Below, piece by piece: positions 1 through 16,114 of a stretch of 64,000 nt of DNA. The stretch spans positions 39,680,001-39,744,000 of the forward strand of contig OZ024751.1 of the NCBI GenBank assembly GCA_964016885.1, read 5' to 3'. Origin of the DNA: Eledone cirrhosa. Its lineage: Eukaryota. Position numbers and translations under genes: made by a program. Numbering within the stretch: the stretch's first letter is position 1; the number at the start of each line of letters is the position of its first letter. The notes under the pieces are model-generated. The model saw nothing but the letters and a program-made list of their open reading frames with translations. It did not search any database and had not been told where the DNA came from.

Positions 1-275
1 TATATATATTACTAAACTAACTTGTGGATTATTTAGCACTTGAAAACAATATATGTAAGCAGCGAGACTGAAGTTGCTTTAGGAGCAAGAATGATAGAAA
101 AACGTGGTCGTCACCCACAAACAAACAGCTAAATTGGGTTCTTAGACTCAGTAAATATATAAACAGATGAGAGTTCAAAATCTAAAGATTGACAAAGATT
201 ATACAAAGAACTCAATACAGATATAATCAAATACAGTATTATCTGCATACAACAGACTCACATACACACACACAC

Positions 276-396
<121 letters not shown>

Positions 397-633
397 AGGA
401 AGAAGAAGAAGAAGAAGAAGAAGAAGAAGAAGAAGAAGAAGAAGAAGAAGGAGGAGGAGGCAGGTAACCAAATACTCCACTGAAGAGAACTGCAATAATA
501 AAAAGCGCTGGAACAGAAGCATCACAACAAATGGTTTAGATTACATAAATTGAAATATACATGGTCCCGGGCTAACAAAGAATGGCTTAAACGAAATATC
601 CGTATGATATATAGTATTGTAGCAAAGAACCTG

Positions 634-739
<106 letters not shown>

Positions 740-979
740 CTGAAACACGTTATAAAATAAAAGAATAAAAGAATACCCCCCCCCCACACACACACACACA
801 TATATATATGTGTGTGTGTGTGTATTTATATATGTATATATATATATGTGTGTATATTTATATGTGTGTGTATATATATATATTCATTTATATATATATA
901 TATATATTATATAACTTCATTGTATTGTATGGTTTCCTTTTGTTGTCTATTCGTTTACTATTCGAATATATATATATAT

Positions 980-1220
980 ACACGTGTGTGTATATACGTG
1001 TACATGTGTGTATATATATGTGTGTAGATGTCTGTGTACGTGGGTATACATATATGTGTGTGTAGATGTTTGAGTACATGTATATATATATATATATGTG
1101 TACATGTTTGTGTACATATGTGTATACATAAATTGTACAAGTTTGTTTACATATGTGTATATATAATTGTACATGTTTGTGTACATGTATATATATATGT
1201 GTAGATGTTTGTGTACGTGG

Positions 1221-1260
<40 letters not shown>

Positions 1261-1315
1261 AGATGTTGTATACAGGTGTATATATATATATGTGTGTAGA
1301 TGTTTGTGTACGTGG

Positions 1316-1347
<32 letters not shown>

Positions 1348-1392
1348 AGATGTTGTATACAGGTGTATATGTATATATGTGTGTAACTATAA
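980..1392. repeat. Compound minisatellite (GTGTAGATGTTTGTGTACGTGGATATA-like units mixed with TA/TG)
   Basis: The unit gtgtagatgt(t/c)tgt recurs at about 1022, 1060, 1199, 1257, 1294 and 1343. Confidence 0.75.
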
Positions 1393-1613
1393 CCATATAA
1401 ACTTCTTAATGAATCTGTACAAGTGTCTCTTCGCTTTCCGTAAGTAATGTTTAACATCCACATACATAGACATATATGTATTATTTCTCTCTCTTCCCCT
1501 CTCTCTCTTTCTCTCACACACTCTTTCTCTATCTCTCTCTCTCTATATATATATATATATACATATATCTATCTATCTATCTCTCTCTCTATATATATAT
1601 AGCTTACATTTGT

Positions 1614-1644
<31 letters not shown>

Positions 1645-1701
1645 ATACAAAACATAAACAAACAAATCTCTCTCTCTCACACACACACACAGACACACAC
1701 A

Positions 1702-1752
<51 letters not shown>

Positions 1753-1887
1753 ACACACACAGACACATGTAAAAATGTACAACTTGAAACTAATAGAAGG
1801 AAGTTAATCGAATTGAATAGAATATGTAAATAATATATCTGAAATATTAGTTGTGTTTTTTTTACTTTGTACAGCGTAGTGTATATT

Positions 1888-1938
<51 letters not shown>

Positions 1939-2158
1939 GTTTATATATATCGACAGTATGTTAATTTTGATAAGGGACATCGTTAATTTGGTTTGGAATT
2001 CCCCTGTTTTTTCTTAATATTTATGAATGTATGAATTTATGAGAAACATATAACACATATAGTTCTATATAATATCTATACAGTATTTGTAAAGTGTTGA
2101 GAAGTTTCGTACCAGTAATACACTGGTTTTTTGCTGGCCCTGTGCCTAAAGTAGAAAC

Positions 2159-2236
<78 letters not shown>

Positions 2237-2678
2237 CATTTGGGGTAAAGATGCTTACCGTCGCATAGTTGGCCAGTCCCACCAGCAAAACGAGACACAC
2301 ACCGTTCAACATTATGTCAGCAATGACTGATTCTGATGTGAAAGTATTATATCAGTCTACGACCAGCGGGAGTGTTTCCTGTCCGTTTTATTCGCTTGTT
2401 TTTCATTGGTGATAACGTTAATAAAAATATGTCTCGCTTCTTGTTTGTTTCTTTCTCTCGAACCCATCCCATAACATTAATTTGAATCACATATCGTCCA
2501 TGTCGAGGAACTGATGTCATTCCCTCTCTTATTATATTACAGTAAATATTCAAATATTAGAAACAACTTGTAAATAAAACAACATAGAAATATTTTATGT
2601 TGTGCTAAGTAAATACTTGTGAAAGGTGGTTGTTATTACACATAGAATGCATATATACATACATATGTACATACATAC

Positions 2679-2725
<47 letters not shown>

Positions 2726-2736
2726 CATATATACAT

Positions 2737-2856
<120 letters not shown>

Positions 2857-3284
2857 TGAGAGAGAGAGACGGATAACTTGCAAGATAGATAGATAAATAG
2901 ATAGATAGATACATATACATGTATACATGTATATATACATACACACACACATATATATATATATATGTGTATACATATATATGTATATATACATATATAT
3001 AGTGGCAGACTATCCAGGTTGCCAGGTTGCCCAATGGCAAGTGGGTCCCAGGGGGCCAACGGTAGCATTGCAAGGGCCCACTGTAACATTTTAGGAGATA
3101 ATGCTTTGCTTTCAAGAAATACCTGAAATCTAAGAGAAAGAATAAAAAAAATGTTTAAATAAATAAAACAATGAAGCAAAGCATTTGGTCAACCAATTCC
3201 CCAGGGAATTACTAGAAACCAAAATATACGATAGTGCAAATAGCAATCATTATAAGTTTGAATCTAACTGACATGCAAAAACAT

Positions 3285-3925
3285 ATATATAGGAATAAGG
3301 TAAGACCAAATCATAGTAGATTCAAATATCACAGAGACAAAGAGAGTGAGGGGGGGGGGATAAGGGGGGATAGAAATGAAACACGGATTACAAGTTACAA
3401 TGTAATCTAGACAGATGAGAAAAAAACGGGGCAGCCAAATGATTTAGAAGTCGACCTTAAGTAGGAGCAATAACATTAAGAAAGACATGAATGACACCAC
3501 AACACTTTGTTTTGAACATTTTGAAAGTAGGTTTATAAGTATGAATTTTCTTAAGATTTTCGAAGTTTTCTCTGAGGCCTAGCGGTAGGTACAGGAGATG
3601 GTGGTGATCCTGTCTTTGGATTCAATCCTGGTCAAGAGGTACATGTAAACTTTTTCAGTTTTTATTTTACAACCCATAGAAAAAAACTGAAAAGGTTTAC
3701 CAGGAACCCTTCTCCCGGCCAGGATCACCACCGTCTATGATTCCTTCAACTAGGCCACCGAGACAGCTACAGAAGTATAATGAAAATTGATAATTATAAA
3801 ACTACTTTCAAAATCAAAGTTAAAAAGATATGGTGTCGTTCGTGGCTTTCCTAGAGCTATTAGTAATATTTAGGGTCGACCTGTCAGTCATCTGGCTCTT
3901 TGGTAACAACCTTATTATTCCTATG
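3285..3925. mobile_element. Old degenerate fold-back/MITE-like element
   Basis: Arms are imperfect reverse complements around about 3670. Examples: agccaaatgatttagaagtcgacctta vs tagggtcgacctgtcagtcatctggct; ggtggtgatcctg vs caggatcaccacc; aaactttttcagttttt vs aaaaactgaaaaggttt. The sequence at about 3240-3308 has a paralog at about 4601-4665. Confidence 0.55.
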
Positions 3926-3980
3926 TGTGTTTAACTGTTGAATTAATTTAATTTGATTATTTTAGCAAACAAATAATCTA

Positions 3981-4153
3981 TCTAAGGCGGGTAAAATTCC
4001 CGAGATCCATGGACGAGTTCTCTCCAGCGGTCTCTGTCCCTCATTATCGCTGCCATATCCTGCATCTCCAACAGACCAGTGTCTGTCCTTAGGGCATCAA
4101 CATATGTTAACCTTGGTCTTCCTCTTCTAGTGTGTCCATGTAGGGGCTCCCAA
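3981..4153 (-). mobile_element. RTE-clade LINE 3' end fragment
   Basis: Reverse complement of the 38750-38909 copy (...ggacacactagaagaggaagaccaagg...tctcgggaattttacccgcc). Confidence 0.8.
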
Positions 4154-4246
4154 ATAATATATGTATATAAATATATATATATACTTATATATAAATAATA
4201 TATCTATATTATAATAATAATATATGTATATAAATATATATATATA

Positions 4247-4337
<91 letters not shown>

Positions 4338-4499
4338 TGTTATACTTTCGGAGGGTCATGTTGCCAATAAGAAACAGACGCACCAGTTGCTTTCACTTCA
4401 ATTTATTATAGTAAATTTATAAATTTAGGAATTTATAAATTTTTATAAACTTCCGGTTGGTTGGTTGGTTCCACAACCAGATGATTGTTTATATATTGT

Positions 4500-4540
4500 C
4501 ATAGTTCTTTCGTCACACATTCTGTGACCTCTTCAGAATC
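4500..4540 (-). ncRNA. Degenerate hammerhead-like core in a TA-flanked insert
   Basis: The minus strand reads CTGAAGA-g-GTCACA-gaatg-TGTGAC-GAAA. Stem III and the cleavage triplet are not evident. Confidence 0.4.
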
Positions 4541-4562
4541 TTGCTAAACAAATTCAGAAACG

Positions 4563-4604
<42 letters not shown>

Positions 4605-5309
4605 CTAATCATTCTAAGCTTGAATCTGACATGCAAAAACATATATATATGAATAAAGTAAGAATCTCTCATGGGATCTGCACAGCAGAACGTCTTCAGA
4701 AGACAACCCCACCCCTCTCTCCAAGCGAGTATTTCGACCCTTAACTGTGGAAGTTAAGAGCCAAAATAATAAGAAAAACAAAATCTAAACTAAAATAAAA
4801 TATATTAAATAAAAAAAAAAAAAGAAAGATTGAAATGATTATCCAAGAGTTGAATGGAAATTTACTGTAAGATTCCATCAGAAGAACTGGATTTGGCACA
4901 TTTCTGAACTTGCAGACATGGAATTAAACCAACCGGATTTATCTTCCTTAAATTCAAAGACGTGAAAAACATCGTCATTCTTGAGCGAACATTTTAATTG
5001 GTTCTCAACGCCTCTACTGGTATTTTGACTCAACTGTAATAAAAGAAAATAAGGGAGGGAAATGAAAATAGAGAGAAAGAAAGAAAAAAAGAAAGAAAGA
5101 AAGAAAGGGAATTGATCTTCTAGCATATTTTACTAATTATTGAGTAGGTGTTAAAATATTTAATGGTTCATATATCACAATTTCAGATATTTTTCGTGTG
5201 GGTGTCTTTTGAAAAATGTTTATATATATATATATATACTCCTGTCGTTTACTTAAAAACCAGCAAACACTATTTTCTTTAATTATTTTACTGTATCTAT
5301 AATTACAAT

Positions 5310-5600
5310 GTATGTTTAAATTATGTCACACTTAACACCCGTTTCTTATCACTAATAACATTCCTTTCTTTAATTGTTATTGTATTTATAATTTACATTC
5401 CTGAATTTTAATCATGTCACAGTATATACACCCCTTACTTTCATTATTTTATTGTGTATATATATATAATATATAATATGCACTCCTGAATTTTAATTAT
5501 GCCACTGTATGCACCCGTTTCGTTGATTAAGATACTGTATGTAAAATATACATTCCTGAATCCTAATTATGTCACAGTATACACCCGTTTCGTTAATTAA
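5310..5600. repeat. Degenerate tandem repeat, unit about 70-85 bp
   Basis: ca(t/c)tcctgaattttaattatgtcacagtat..acacccgtttc recurs at about 5395, 5481 and 5551. Confidence 0.6.
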
Positions 5601-5710
5601 ATTAATATATATGTATATATATATGTATATATATATATATATGTGTTAGTTTCAGAAGATCCCGTTAAGGGTGAAAGCAGCGATCCTTTGCTTAAACTTT
5701 AATCTGTTAT

Positions 5711-5740
<30 letters not shown>

Positions 5741-5741
<1 letters not shown>

Positions 5742-5940
5742 ACGAAGGAAATGTGGTAAGGAACCAAGTGGACCATAACGCACCAAAGTACTCAATACTT
5801 AGGGTAGTAGAGTGGGTAATAGGAACGAGTAGGACCCCGACGGCTGAGCTCAAGCCGTTTCGACGGTTAATTCTGGACTAAAATGTCGAATTAGCCGTCG
5901 AAACGGCTTGAGCTCAGCCGTCGGGGTCCTACTCGTTCCT
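5741..5940 (-). mobile_element. Fold-back family A element (PLE pLTR-like: palindrome plus tail) in (TA)n
   Basis: Tail 5741-5818 and palindrome 5819-5942. Contains GAAAcggc-ttgagctca-gccgTC. TA tracts on both sides. Confidence 0.8.
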
Positions 5941-6292
5941 ATATATATATATGTATATATAATATATATATATATGTATGTATACATATATATATATGTG
6001 TGTGTATATATATATATGCATGTATGTATGTATATGTATGTATATGTATGTATGTATATGTGTATATGATATACACTCCTCATTTTTTATTTTGTTACAT
6101 GTACGCTCCTAAATTCTAGCCAGTTAAATGTAATATGGTAAAAGTTTGGTTACGAAAAGAAAAAAAACAGAAAAGAAAATACGAATGCTTGTATGACATG
6201 GGAAAGTGAACATTTGGAATTTGGTGACAGTTCTTCATGTCCTGCCATTTACAGATTTTGCTTCATAAACAGTTTTTCGTAACATGAAGGTT

Positions 6293-6575
6293 AAGTGGCA
6301 GAGTCGTTAGAACTTGTGGCGTTCGTTCCGGCTCTCTGCTCTCTTATTTCAAATCCCACCAAGGTCAACTTTGTCTTTCATCCTTTCGAGATCGATAAAA
6401 AAAAGTACCAGTCAAATACTGGGGTAGATTCTTCCCCTATATCTCCTTCTCACTTCTTCTCTCACTTTCTATCCTTTTCTGGAAGAAACCTGCTGTACTC
6501 AGGAGATGAGCTCCGGATCAGGAGATGAGCTCCGTCAGGCTTAAACTACCCAAGAAACACCGTATGTCAATGATG
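6293..6575 (+). mobile_element. Diverged tRNA-derived SINE with a distinct 3' segment
   Basis: tggcagagtcgtt (A box), ttcaaatccc (B box) and the central ctttcatcctttcgag.tcgataaa domain. The same layout and tail are seen at 59184-59620. Confidence 0.65.
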
Positions 6576-7670
6576 GCTTGATTAGAGATCATTTTAATTT
6601 GCACTGACTAGAGTCTGAAACCATTAACAACAACTATAACGGTTTCTAATTTAATCACTATGTCAGGATGCTTTAGTGCTGAAGAAACCGATTACAATGC
6701 CCTTAGTACTTGCCTGTCACTTTATTTTATCAAACTAGGAAGGATCAAAACCAAAGTTGACTTTGGCATAAACAAACGCCGTAGAGCCTTTTATCCGACG
6801 CTCTAACGATTTTTCTAACCCATAACCCAGTGACCTAATGGACAAAATCAACAACACTATCTTAATGAAAACATCTTTAGAATCAAAAATGAATCTTAAT
6901 TAGTTAGAATCTTAATTTTAAATCCTTCAATGTCACAAGTTTAAAGTTCAGAGTCAAGAACGTTGTACTGTATATATTAAGTTTCAATGTCCACGCTTTC
7001 TAATTTCGAAATCTATTTATATCACGTGAGGATATTTGTAGAAGAATATATTCGTCTGTTGTTGTTGTTGTTGTTGTTATGGTGGTGGTGGTGGTGATGA
7101 TGATGGATGTGGTGGTTGCTGCTGCTGCCTTATCCAACCCTCTTGCTCGAGGTGTACCCTAGGGTTTCTTACCGGTTGGTTTTGCACAACGCTTCTTTCC
7201 TTAGACATTCTCACCGAGAAAAAGAAGAAAGTTTCTAATTGAAACAACTTTTCCTCACACTTTATATTGAAACAACCGCTTGACAAAAATAATTTCTTAT
7301 CTAAACGAGATTTTATTGAAATTAGAGTTAAAACTCGAGGCTAGGAAAACGGTGATTGAAACATAAGGACTATACTAGAATAAATAATATTTTTTAGTAC
7401 ACATTGGACATTTAAAATTATTGAAGGAACTGGGAGCCATTCTTGTTTCACATAAACTACCAACGTTTCTACATCAACTTATATTCGACTATAGATATAA
7501 ACACATTTCTAAAGTTAACCTCGCACCAACCATTTTGAGAAAAAATAGACCATTCCACTTATACAAAGAATAAAATGTTGTGATCTGTTTATTACATTAT
7601 ACCTCATTATAGTATTTTATACAGATATACACACACATATATACACATACATATATATATATATATATAT

Positions 7671-8420
<750 letters not shown>

Positions 8421-8487
8421 TTATTTATTTATATATACATATACATACATATATATACATATATGCATATATACATATATACATATA

Positions 8488-8555
<68 letters not shown>

Positions 8556-8953
8556 GATAAGCTTCTTTATAAAATGCTTGAAACTACATTATTTTAGTTT
8601 CGTGAAAGTAGGTCAGGTGTCTATTCAAAATGGCGTATTATGAAATGACACAAGCTAACAGCAAATAATAGTTGATATATTGGTAGAATTTGGTAGAATA
8701 AACAAGAAAATGTTATCATTATGCCATTATAGTCTGCAATAAATATTTACGACATGTTTACCAATTAAGATATTTTTTACGATTTTAATACCAATTAAAT
8801 TTTATAAAAATATTGCACTGCACTAGATTTTCAAACCTTGTGTGTATATATGTATGCATGTATATATATGTATGTATGTAAGTATGTATGTATGTATGTA
8901 TGTATGTATGTATGTATGTATGTATGTATGTATGTATGTATGTATGTATGTAT

Positions 8954-9160
8954 ATCTGGAGATCCCTCTGCACTTGTCGTCACATGGTACCATGGGCCCA
9001 GCACTATATGTCAATAATTGTCACAAGTGTAGTGTTTGTACCAGAGTTTTCAAGTCGCTGGCTGGACTAAAAAATCACACTCGTTCAGCGCATCGGTAGG
9101 AGTTCTCCTACATGGATATAAAGTAGTGGCCGTACTCGAAAACGAGTTGGCAGCCACCAT
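8954..9160 (+). mobile_element. RTE-like LINE 3' terminus encoding a C2H2-type finger, within (ATGT)n
   Basis: Translates as HKCSVCTRVFKSLAGLKNHTRSAHR* with a short 3' UTR. Closely similar to 34817-35020. Confidence 0.75.
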
Positions 9161-9380
9161 GTATGTATGTAGGTCTGTATGTAAGTATGTATGAATGTAT
9201 TTATCCATGTATGTATGTATGTTTGTATGTATGCGTGTTTGTATGTATGGTAGTATGTGTGTATGTATGTATATTTATATATATTTATAAATACATATAA
9301 TTACATAGATATTTATATGTACATATGAAAATACATGTATACAAATATATATATATATATATATACACTCACACGTATGC

Positions 9381-9920
<540 letters not shown>

Positions 9921-9930
9921 ATATATATAT

Positions 9931-10050
<120 letters not shown>

Positions 10051-10137
10051 CATATGCAAACACGTGAGTGTATATATGTATATATGTACATATGTATATA
10101 TATATTTGTACATATATATTTTCATATATACATATAA

Positions 10138-10246
<109 letters not shown>

Positions 10247-10260
10247 GGTGTATATATATG

Positions 10261-10323
10261 TGTGTAATAGAAGTGTTTGTAATAGAAGTGTGTAATAGAA
10301 GTGTATAATAGAAGTGTTTGTAA
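10261..10323. repeat. Minisatellite (GTAATAGAAGTGT) x4-5
   Basis: Direct reading of the sequence. Confidence 0.85.
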
Positions 10324-10639
10324 TTGGAGTTTTCTAGCTACGATAAATTGTGAGAAAACTATAAAAAGCGATTATATTTATGATTAGATATGAAATTTAT
10401 TTTATTACATAACTTATTTTCGAGTAGATCAGATCTCATTACATCATATGAAGGAAAACTAACCAGTGAGTCTACATATTAATTAATATGTGTGCACTTT
10501 CGTAATATTATATATTGCAGTCCAAAAAAAACAAAATGGAATACTGCATCCAACATTGCCATTAAATATAAAGTCATATATTTTTTTACATGCTTTTCTT
10601 TTATTTTTATTTATTATTTTGAACTCAGATCATAAAGGA

Positions 10640-10790
10640 TTTTGCAGCAAAGAGTTACGGCCCTTTATGATCTGAGTTCAAATCCCGCCGAGGTCAACTT
10701 TGCCTTTCATCCTTACGAGGTCCACAAAATAAAGTACCAGTAATACACTGAGATAATTGCTGGCCTTGTACCAAAAGTAGAAACAATTAT
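10640..10790 (+). mobile_element. tRNA-derived SINE (main family), 5'-truncated
   Basis: Matches 16727-16876, including the B box gagttcaaatccc and the tail gctggccttgt.ccaaaagtagaaacaattatt. Confidence 0.85.
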
Positions 10791-11237
10791 TTTATTCTTT
10801 CATCGGTTTCAGCCGTTGATTGCGTGCGACAATGCTGGGGCACAACGTTCAAAGATTTATTTGATCATATCTATCCTCTGTATTTAGTTCAGATTCACTC
10901 TACGTGGCTCATTTTGCATATGTTTGTTTCTATTGCAATAGACTGATAAGTGCGTTGTGTGTGAAGAAAATTGGTGGATGGTATCAGCAGTAGCAACGTG
11001 TGTATGAGTATACAGGGACGGTGGAAGCATTTCTAAATTGGTTGTGGGATGGTGGGGAACACATTTGGTCAATTTAGTTGTGATTAAATTTAGCTCTTTG
11101 CACTCTAAAATAGTCAGAAAACTTCGATATGCGATAAACATAGCATATATATAAGTTGCAGCACATATCCAAATAGATGCATGTTTTGGTAGTTTGGGGA
11201 AATAAAAATATAATCATGGGGTGGGGACAGGATCCCT

Positions 11238-11313
<76 letters not shown>

Positions 11314-11348
11314 GTGTGTGTATGTATGTATGCATATATATATTTATA

Positions 11349-11574
<226 letters not shown>

Positions 11575-11584
11575 TATATATATG

Positions 11585-11641
<57 letters not shown>

Positions 11642-11646
<5 letters not shown>

Positions 11647-12120
11647 AGTTAATATAAAATTAATATATATGATAAACACTAATATAACCATGTGCGTCGA
11701 TCAGTCCTCTTAAATATTCTGAGGTGAAACATACCAATTTTCTGGGTACTTGCTGATGTGAACAGAAGATGGAATTTTTCACTTTTTCAATTATCGAAAC
11801 TTGTTTGGGTTTTGAAGTTTAAACTTATCTACGGAACAGGTTGGATTTTGAAATTTAAATTTGTCCAAGTACCACGGCTATTGCCAATATGGGTTTGTTT
11901 TTATTGATTTATTATTTTAAATCGAGGCAGGCAAACTGTATTAATCTAATTAGTATTTTTCAATCTAGCTAACTTGGTCATTTACAATACAAACACTTAT
12001 ATGATTGTATTAGTGTTTATCATATATATTAATTTTATATTAACTTGTATTTCACAGCTCAGAAATACTTCTTTCTTTGAGCTATTTAATTGTAAAAGAC
12101 TGTTTGAGTTTATAACTCTA
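11642..12120 (+). mobile_element. TA-flanked element with inverted arms of about 48 bp, a spacer of about 310 bp and a tail
   Basis: 11642-11690 is the reverse complement of 12002-12050. The tail gctcagaaat...gagctattt...gagtt..taactc resembles 13620-13685. Confidence 0.7.
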
Positions 12121-12129
12121 TATATATAG

Positions 12130-12162
<33 letters not shown>

Positions 12163-12709
12163 TTCTGTTTTAACTTGTGAATCTGTGATTCCCTTATCAA
12201 CGCGAGCCAATTTTCCGGCGCGTACAAACATATATAACAACACATATAATCGTAAACAGCTTCTATAAAAATATATATTTCATTATATATTTCTACGAAC
12301 ATCAGCTATATTAATCGCCAGTAAGGGAAACCATTCAAATCTACAACTTTTTAAAACTGTCTGAAATCGTTTCCAGTTTAATATTGACTATTTTTTCATT
12401 AGCCTCAGGAGGTTGAAAATAATAAAGTTGAAGAAATTACTAAGATTTAAATGCAAAGTGAAACAAGATGAAATTGTATATGGCGATTTGTGTCTCTTGG
12501 GGGTTACGGAAAAAGTTTCTTTTGAAAGTTGTTTATAAACTAACCTAAGAGGAAGCAAGGAGTATGTGTATGTTTAATACTTTAGTATGTCAAGTAAGCA
12601 TGGATGCACACACAAGTTACTCAGCTCATTGACTTAAATGAATGGCTGTTTTACATTTCATTTTCGCATGACTAGTTCTTGTTTATCTTAACTTAACTTA
12701 ATATCATAT

Positions 12710-12790
<81 letters not shown>

Positions 12791-12793
<3 letters not shown>

Positions 12794-13278
12794 TAATAAA
12801 AACAATGAATAAAAACAAAGAAACAGTTTCTTATATTAAAAAATTCATCATTTTGCGATCGTTTCTAGGATATATATGTGTATGTTGGTATGTATATCAT
12901 ATAGATCTATGTAAAAATTTTACAAGCTATCAGAGGGAATATACATACCTACACATATATATGCTGTCTATTTTCTGAAGACACCATATATATGTGTAGG
13001 TATGTATATTCCTCTGATAGTTTGTAAAATTTTTACATAGATCAATATGATATACATACCAACACACACATATATATCCTAGAAACGATCGTAAAATGAT
13101 GAATTTTTTAATATAAGAACTGTTTCTTTGTTTTTATTCATTGTTTTTATTAATTCATCTTGACTCTATTTTCCTGAGATTTTCATCGAAAAAGCTTTTG
13201 AATACATCTTTTCATGATATTTGGATTACATTGAGTTCTTCATACGGATTGGACACGACCGTATACTTTGGTAGATTT
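12791..13278 (+). mobile_element. Fold-back element (arms about 180 bp plus tail) with long-stem-II hammerhead motif
   Basis: 12791-12970 vs 12978-13155 are inverted. CTGAAGA at 12975 and GAAA-c-gatc-g-TA at 13082-13093. Confidence 0.8.
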
Positions 13279-13288
13279 ATCTACATAT

Positions 13289-13690
<402 letters not shown>

Positions 13691-13724
13691 ACATTTAATA
13701 TATATATATATGTATATATATATA

Positions 13725-13755
<31 letters not shown>

Positions 13756-13758
<3 letters not shown>

Positions 13759-14206
13759 ATATATAAGAACAAAAGATGGTTAAAGGAGTTCCATGTATTT
13801 TATTATGCGCATTTCAAAAACAAACATCATCATGCAATAATATTTGTGTTTTCATCAGATAAAACAGGAGGACATGATATGAAGGCTAAAAAACACTTGT
13901 GGATAGTGCAGTTTTAAATCAACATATCAGATATAAATCAACAGATATGTTGATTTAAAACTGCACTATCCACAAGTGTTTTTTAGCCTTCATATCATGT
14001 CCTCCTGTTTTATCTGATGAAAACACAAATATTATTGCATGATGATGTTTGTTTTTGAAATGCGCATAATAAAATACATGGAACTCCTTTAACCATCTTT
14101 TGTTCTTATATATTATATATTATGTATACTCCAGTCCTACAAATTGTAGAGTGCTTCTTATCCGATATCTGCATTGCTTTATTGTACTACAATAAAACTC
14201 ACCTCC

Positions 14207-14208
<2 letters not shown>
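13756..14208 (+). mobile_element. Fold-back element (essentially perfect arms of about 175 bp plus tail) in (TA)n
   Basis: About 13756-13928 is the reverse complement of about 13944-14116. Tail 14117-14208. Confidence 0.9.
14007..14075 (+). ncRNA. Minimal type I hammerhead ribozyme (best example)
   Basis: gttttat-CTGATGA-[stem II aaacacaaatattatt/gatgatgtttgttttt]-GAAA-t-GCGC-a-TA-ataaaat. One-bp stem III with a palindromic loop, and stem I closes. Confidence 0.8.
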
Positions 14209-14252
<44 letters not shown>

Positions 14253-14262
14253 TGTATATATG

Positions 14263-14413
<151 letters not shown>

Positions 14414-14683
14414 GATAGCAATTAGCATCAGTGGCACACCTTACACCTCATCTCCACACCCATTTATATACTCTAAAGGTTTTTTTGTTGGGGGGGGGGG
14501 GGGGTGAGCTTCATATACAAAAAATTAGAATACAAAGCACCCCCACCCCAATTTTACACATCAAAGTCGGCTGGCGCAAGTAATTGGAATTGAAACGTTA
14601 AACATACAGGTATTACATTCTAACCATCCTAAAACTAAAAATCCCAACTGAAGACACAAATATATTGCTACGGCCGTCGTTGG

Positions 14684-14986
14684 TGCGGCCTCCACTGCAG
14701 GGGGCTCAGGGCAATTGTCCACTTTGCCCCCCCCCCTCCTTAAGTCTGGCCCTGCCTCCACTGCAGGAGGCCCAGGGCAATTGTCCACTTTGCCTCCCCC
14801 TCTTAAGTCTGACCCTGCCTCCACTGCAGGGGGCCCAGGGCAATTACCAACTTTACTCACCACCCTTAAGTCTGGCCCTGTCTCCACTGCAGGAGGCCCA
14901 CTTTGCCCCCCCCCCCCCCCCCCTTAAGTCTGGCCCTGTCTCCACTGCAGGAGGCCCACTTTGCCCCCCCCCCTTAAGTTTGGCCT
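14684..14986. repeat. GC-rich minisatellite, unit about 45-64 bp, five copies
   Basis: ggccctg(c/t)ctccactgcagg(a/g)ggccca(gggcaattgtcca)ctttgccc(c)ntcttaagtct repeated five times. Confidence 0.9.
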
Positions 14987-15282
14987 TGTATACAGTTTCA
15001 AAATGTTGATGTCAATGTGCATGTGTTTATGTATATGAATATATGTGTGCGTTTGTATTTATGTGTGCATGTGTGTTTATGTATTTGTAACCTACACATG
15101 TGCATATATGCATTTCTTTGATATGCGATAATGAAAAGTCCGGTGTATAAATGTTTGCAATTGTATGTTTGTGTATATCTGAACGTATGTGTGTGTGTGT
15201 GTGTGTGTGTGAGTGTGTGTGCGTGTGTGTGTCCGTGTGTGTGTGTCTGTGTGTGTGTGTGTCTGTGTCTGTGTCTGTGTGT

Positions 15283-15366
<84 letters not shown>

Positions 15367-16114
15367 GAATATGTTGGTTTGTTAGTGTAAATGTGTATTT
15401 GCGTGTATGTACTAATGTGATTACGTCTGTGTGTTCGTGTATATGAGTATATTAGTGTGTGTTTGTTGGTGTAAGTATGTCTACTAAGAGTGTTACTACA
15501 AATAAGAGTGCTTGCATGAGTTAGTGTATTAACGTGCGTGTTTCTTAGTGTGTATGTATGTATATTAATCTGTCTCTATGTTGTTTGCTATGCGTATGTG
15601 TTTTAGTATGTCTTAGTGTGTGTTCGTCTTTGTGTCAGTTTAATGTAAATTTATCTTACATGAAGGCTGTTTCGTGGTTTTATGCATAAAAGAGTTTTTC
15701 TATGAAATATGTCTAACAGGTGAAGGTTATATTATAAAAGCATATTTAGTGAATGGAACTGTGATAAACTTCATTATCTCACTAACTTGAAAATTTCCAG
15801 TGTGCTTAAAAGACGACTTCCTGTTGTATAATGAAAGGGCACTGATAAGACAGAATAGGAATTTCTAGCCATTCTACGAGAGGAACGAAAACGATAACAA
15901 GAACGAAAATTAATCTATGAAATCGACTTAAAGTCCCTTGAAATGTAATGCCCCAGTATGGCCGTATTTTAATGAGTGAAACAGTGTATATGGTGGCATG
16001 ACATCACAACCAAGTAGTATCTGGGTCAGGTCAACTAAGTGGAACTTTGGGCAAGTGAAACTAATCAAGAATTTTGGTGTTTGGAATATAACTTAACAAA
16101 GGTTCTTGCATGAA

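Noticed and set aside
5819-5942. Palindromes as miRNA precursors or terminators
   Set aside because: They are multi-copy with variable centres and are tied to tails and TA tracts, which mobile-element origin explains better.
8999-9099. Host C2H2 zinc-finger exon
   Set aside because: A single finger followed by a stop and a short tail, duplicated at about 34880 within a repeat. This fits an RTE C-terminus.
14561-15009. GPPAVEAG/GPASTAGG repeat ORFs, and a CRISPR-like look
   Set aside because: Pure tandem units with variable poly-C lengths that break the frame. No unique spacers or cas genes, and the context is eukaryotic.
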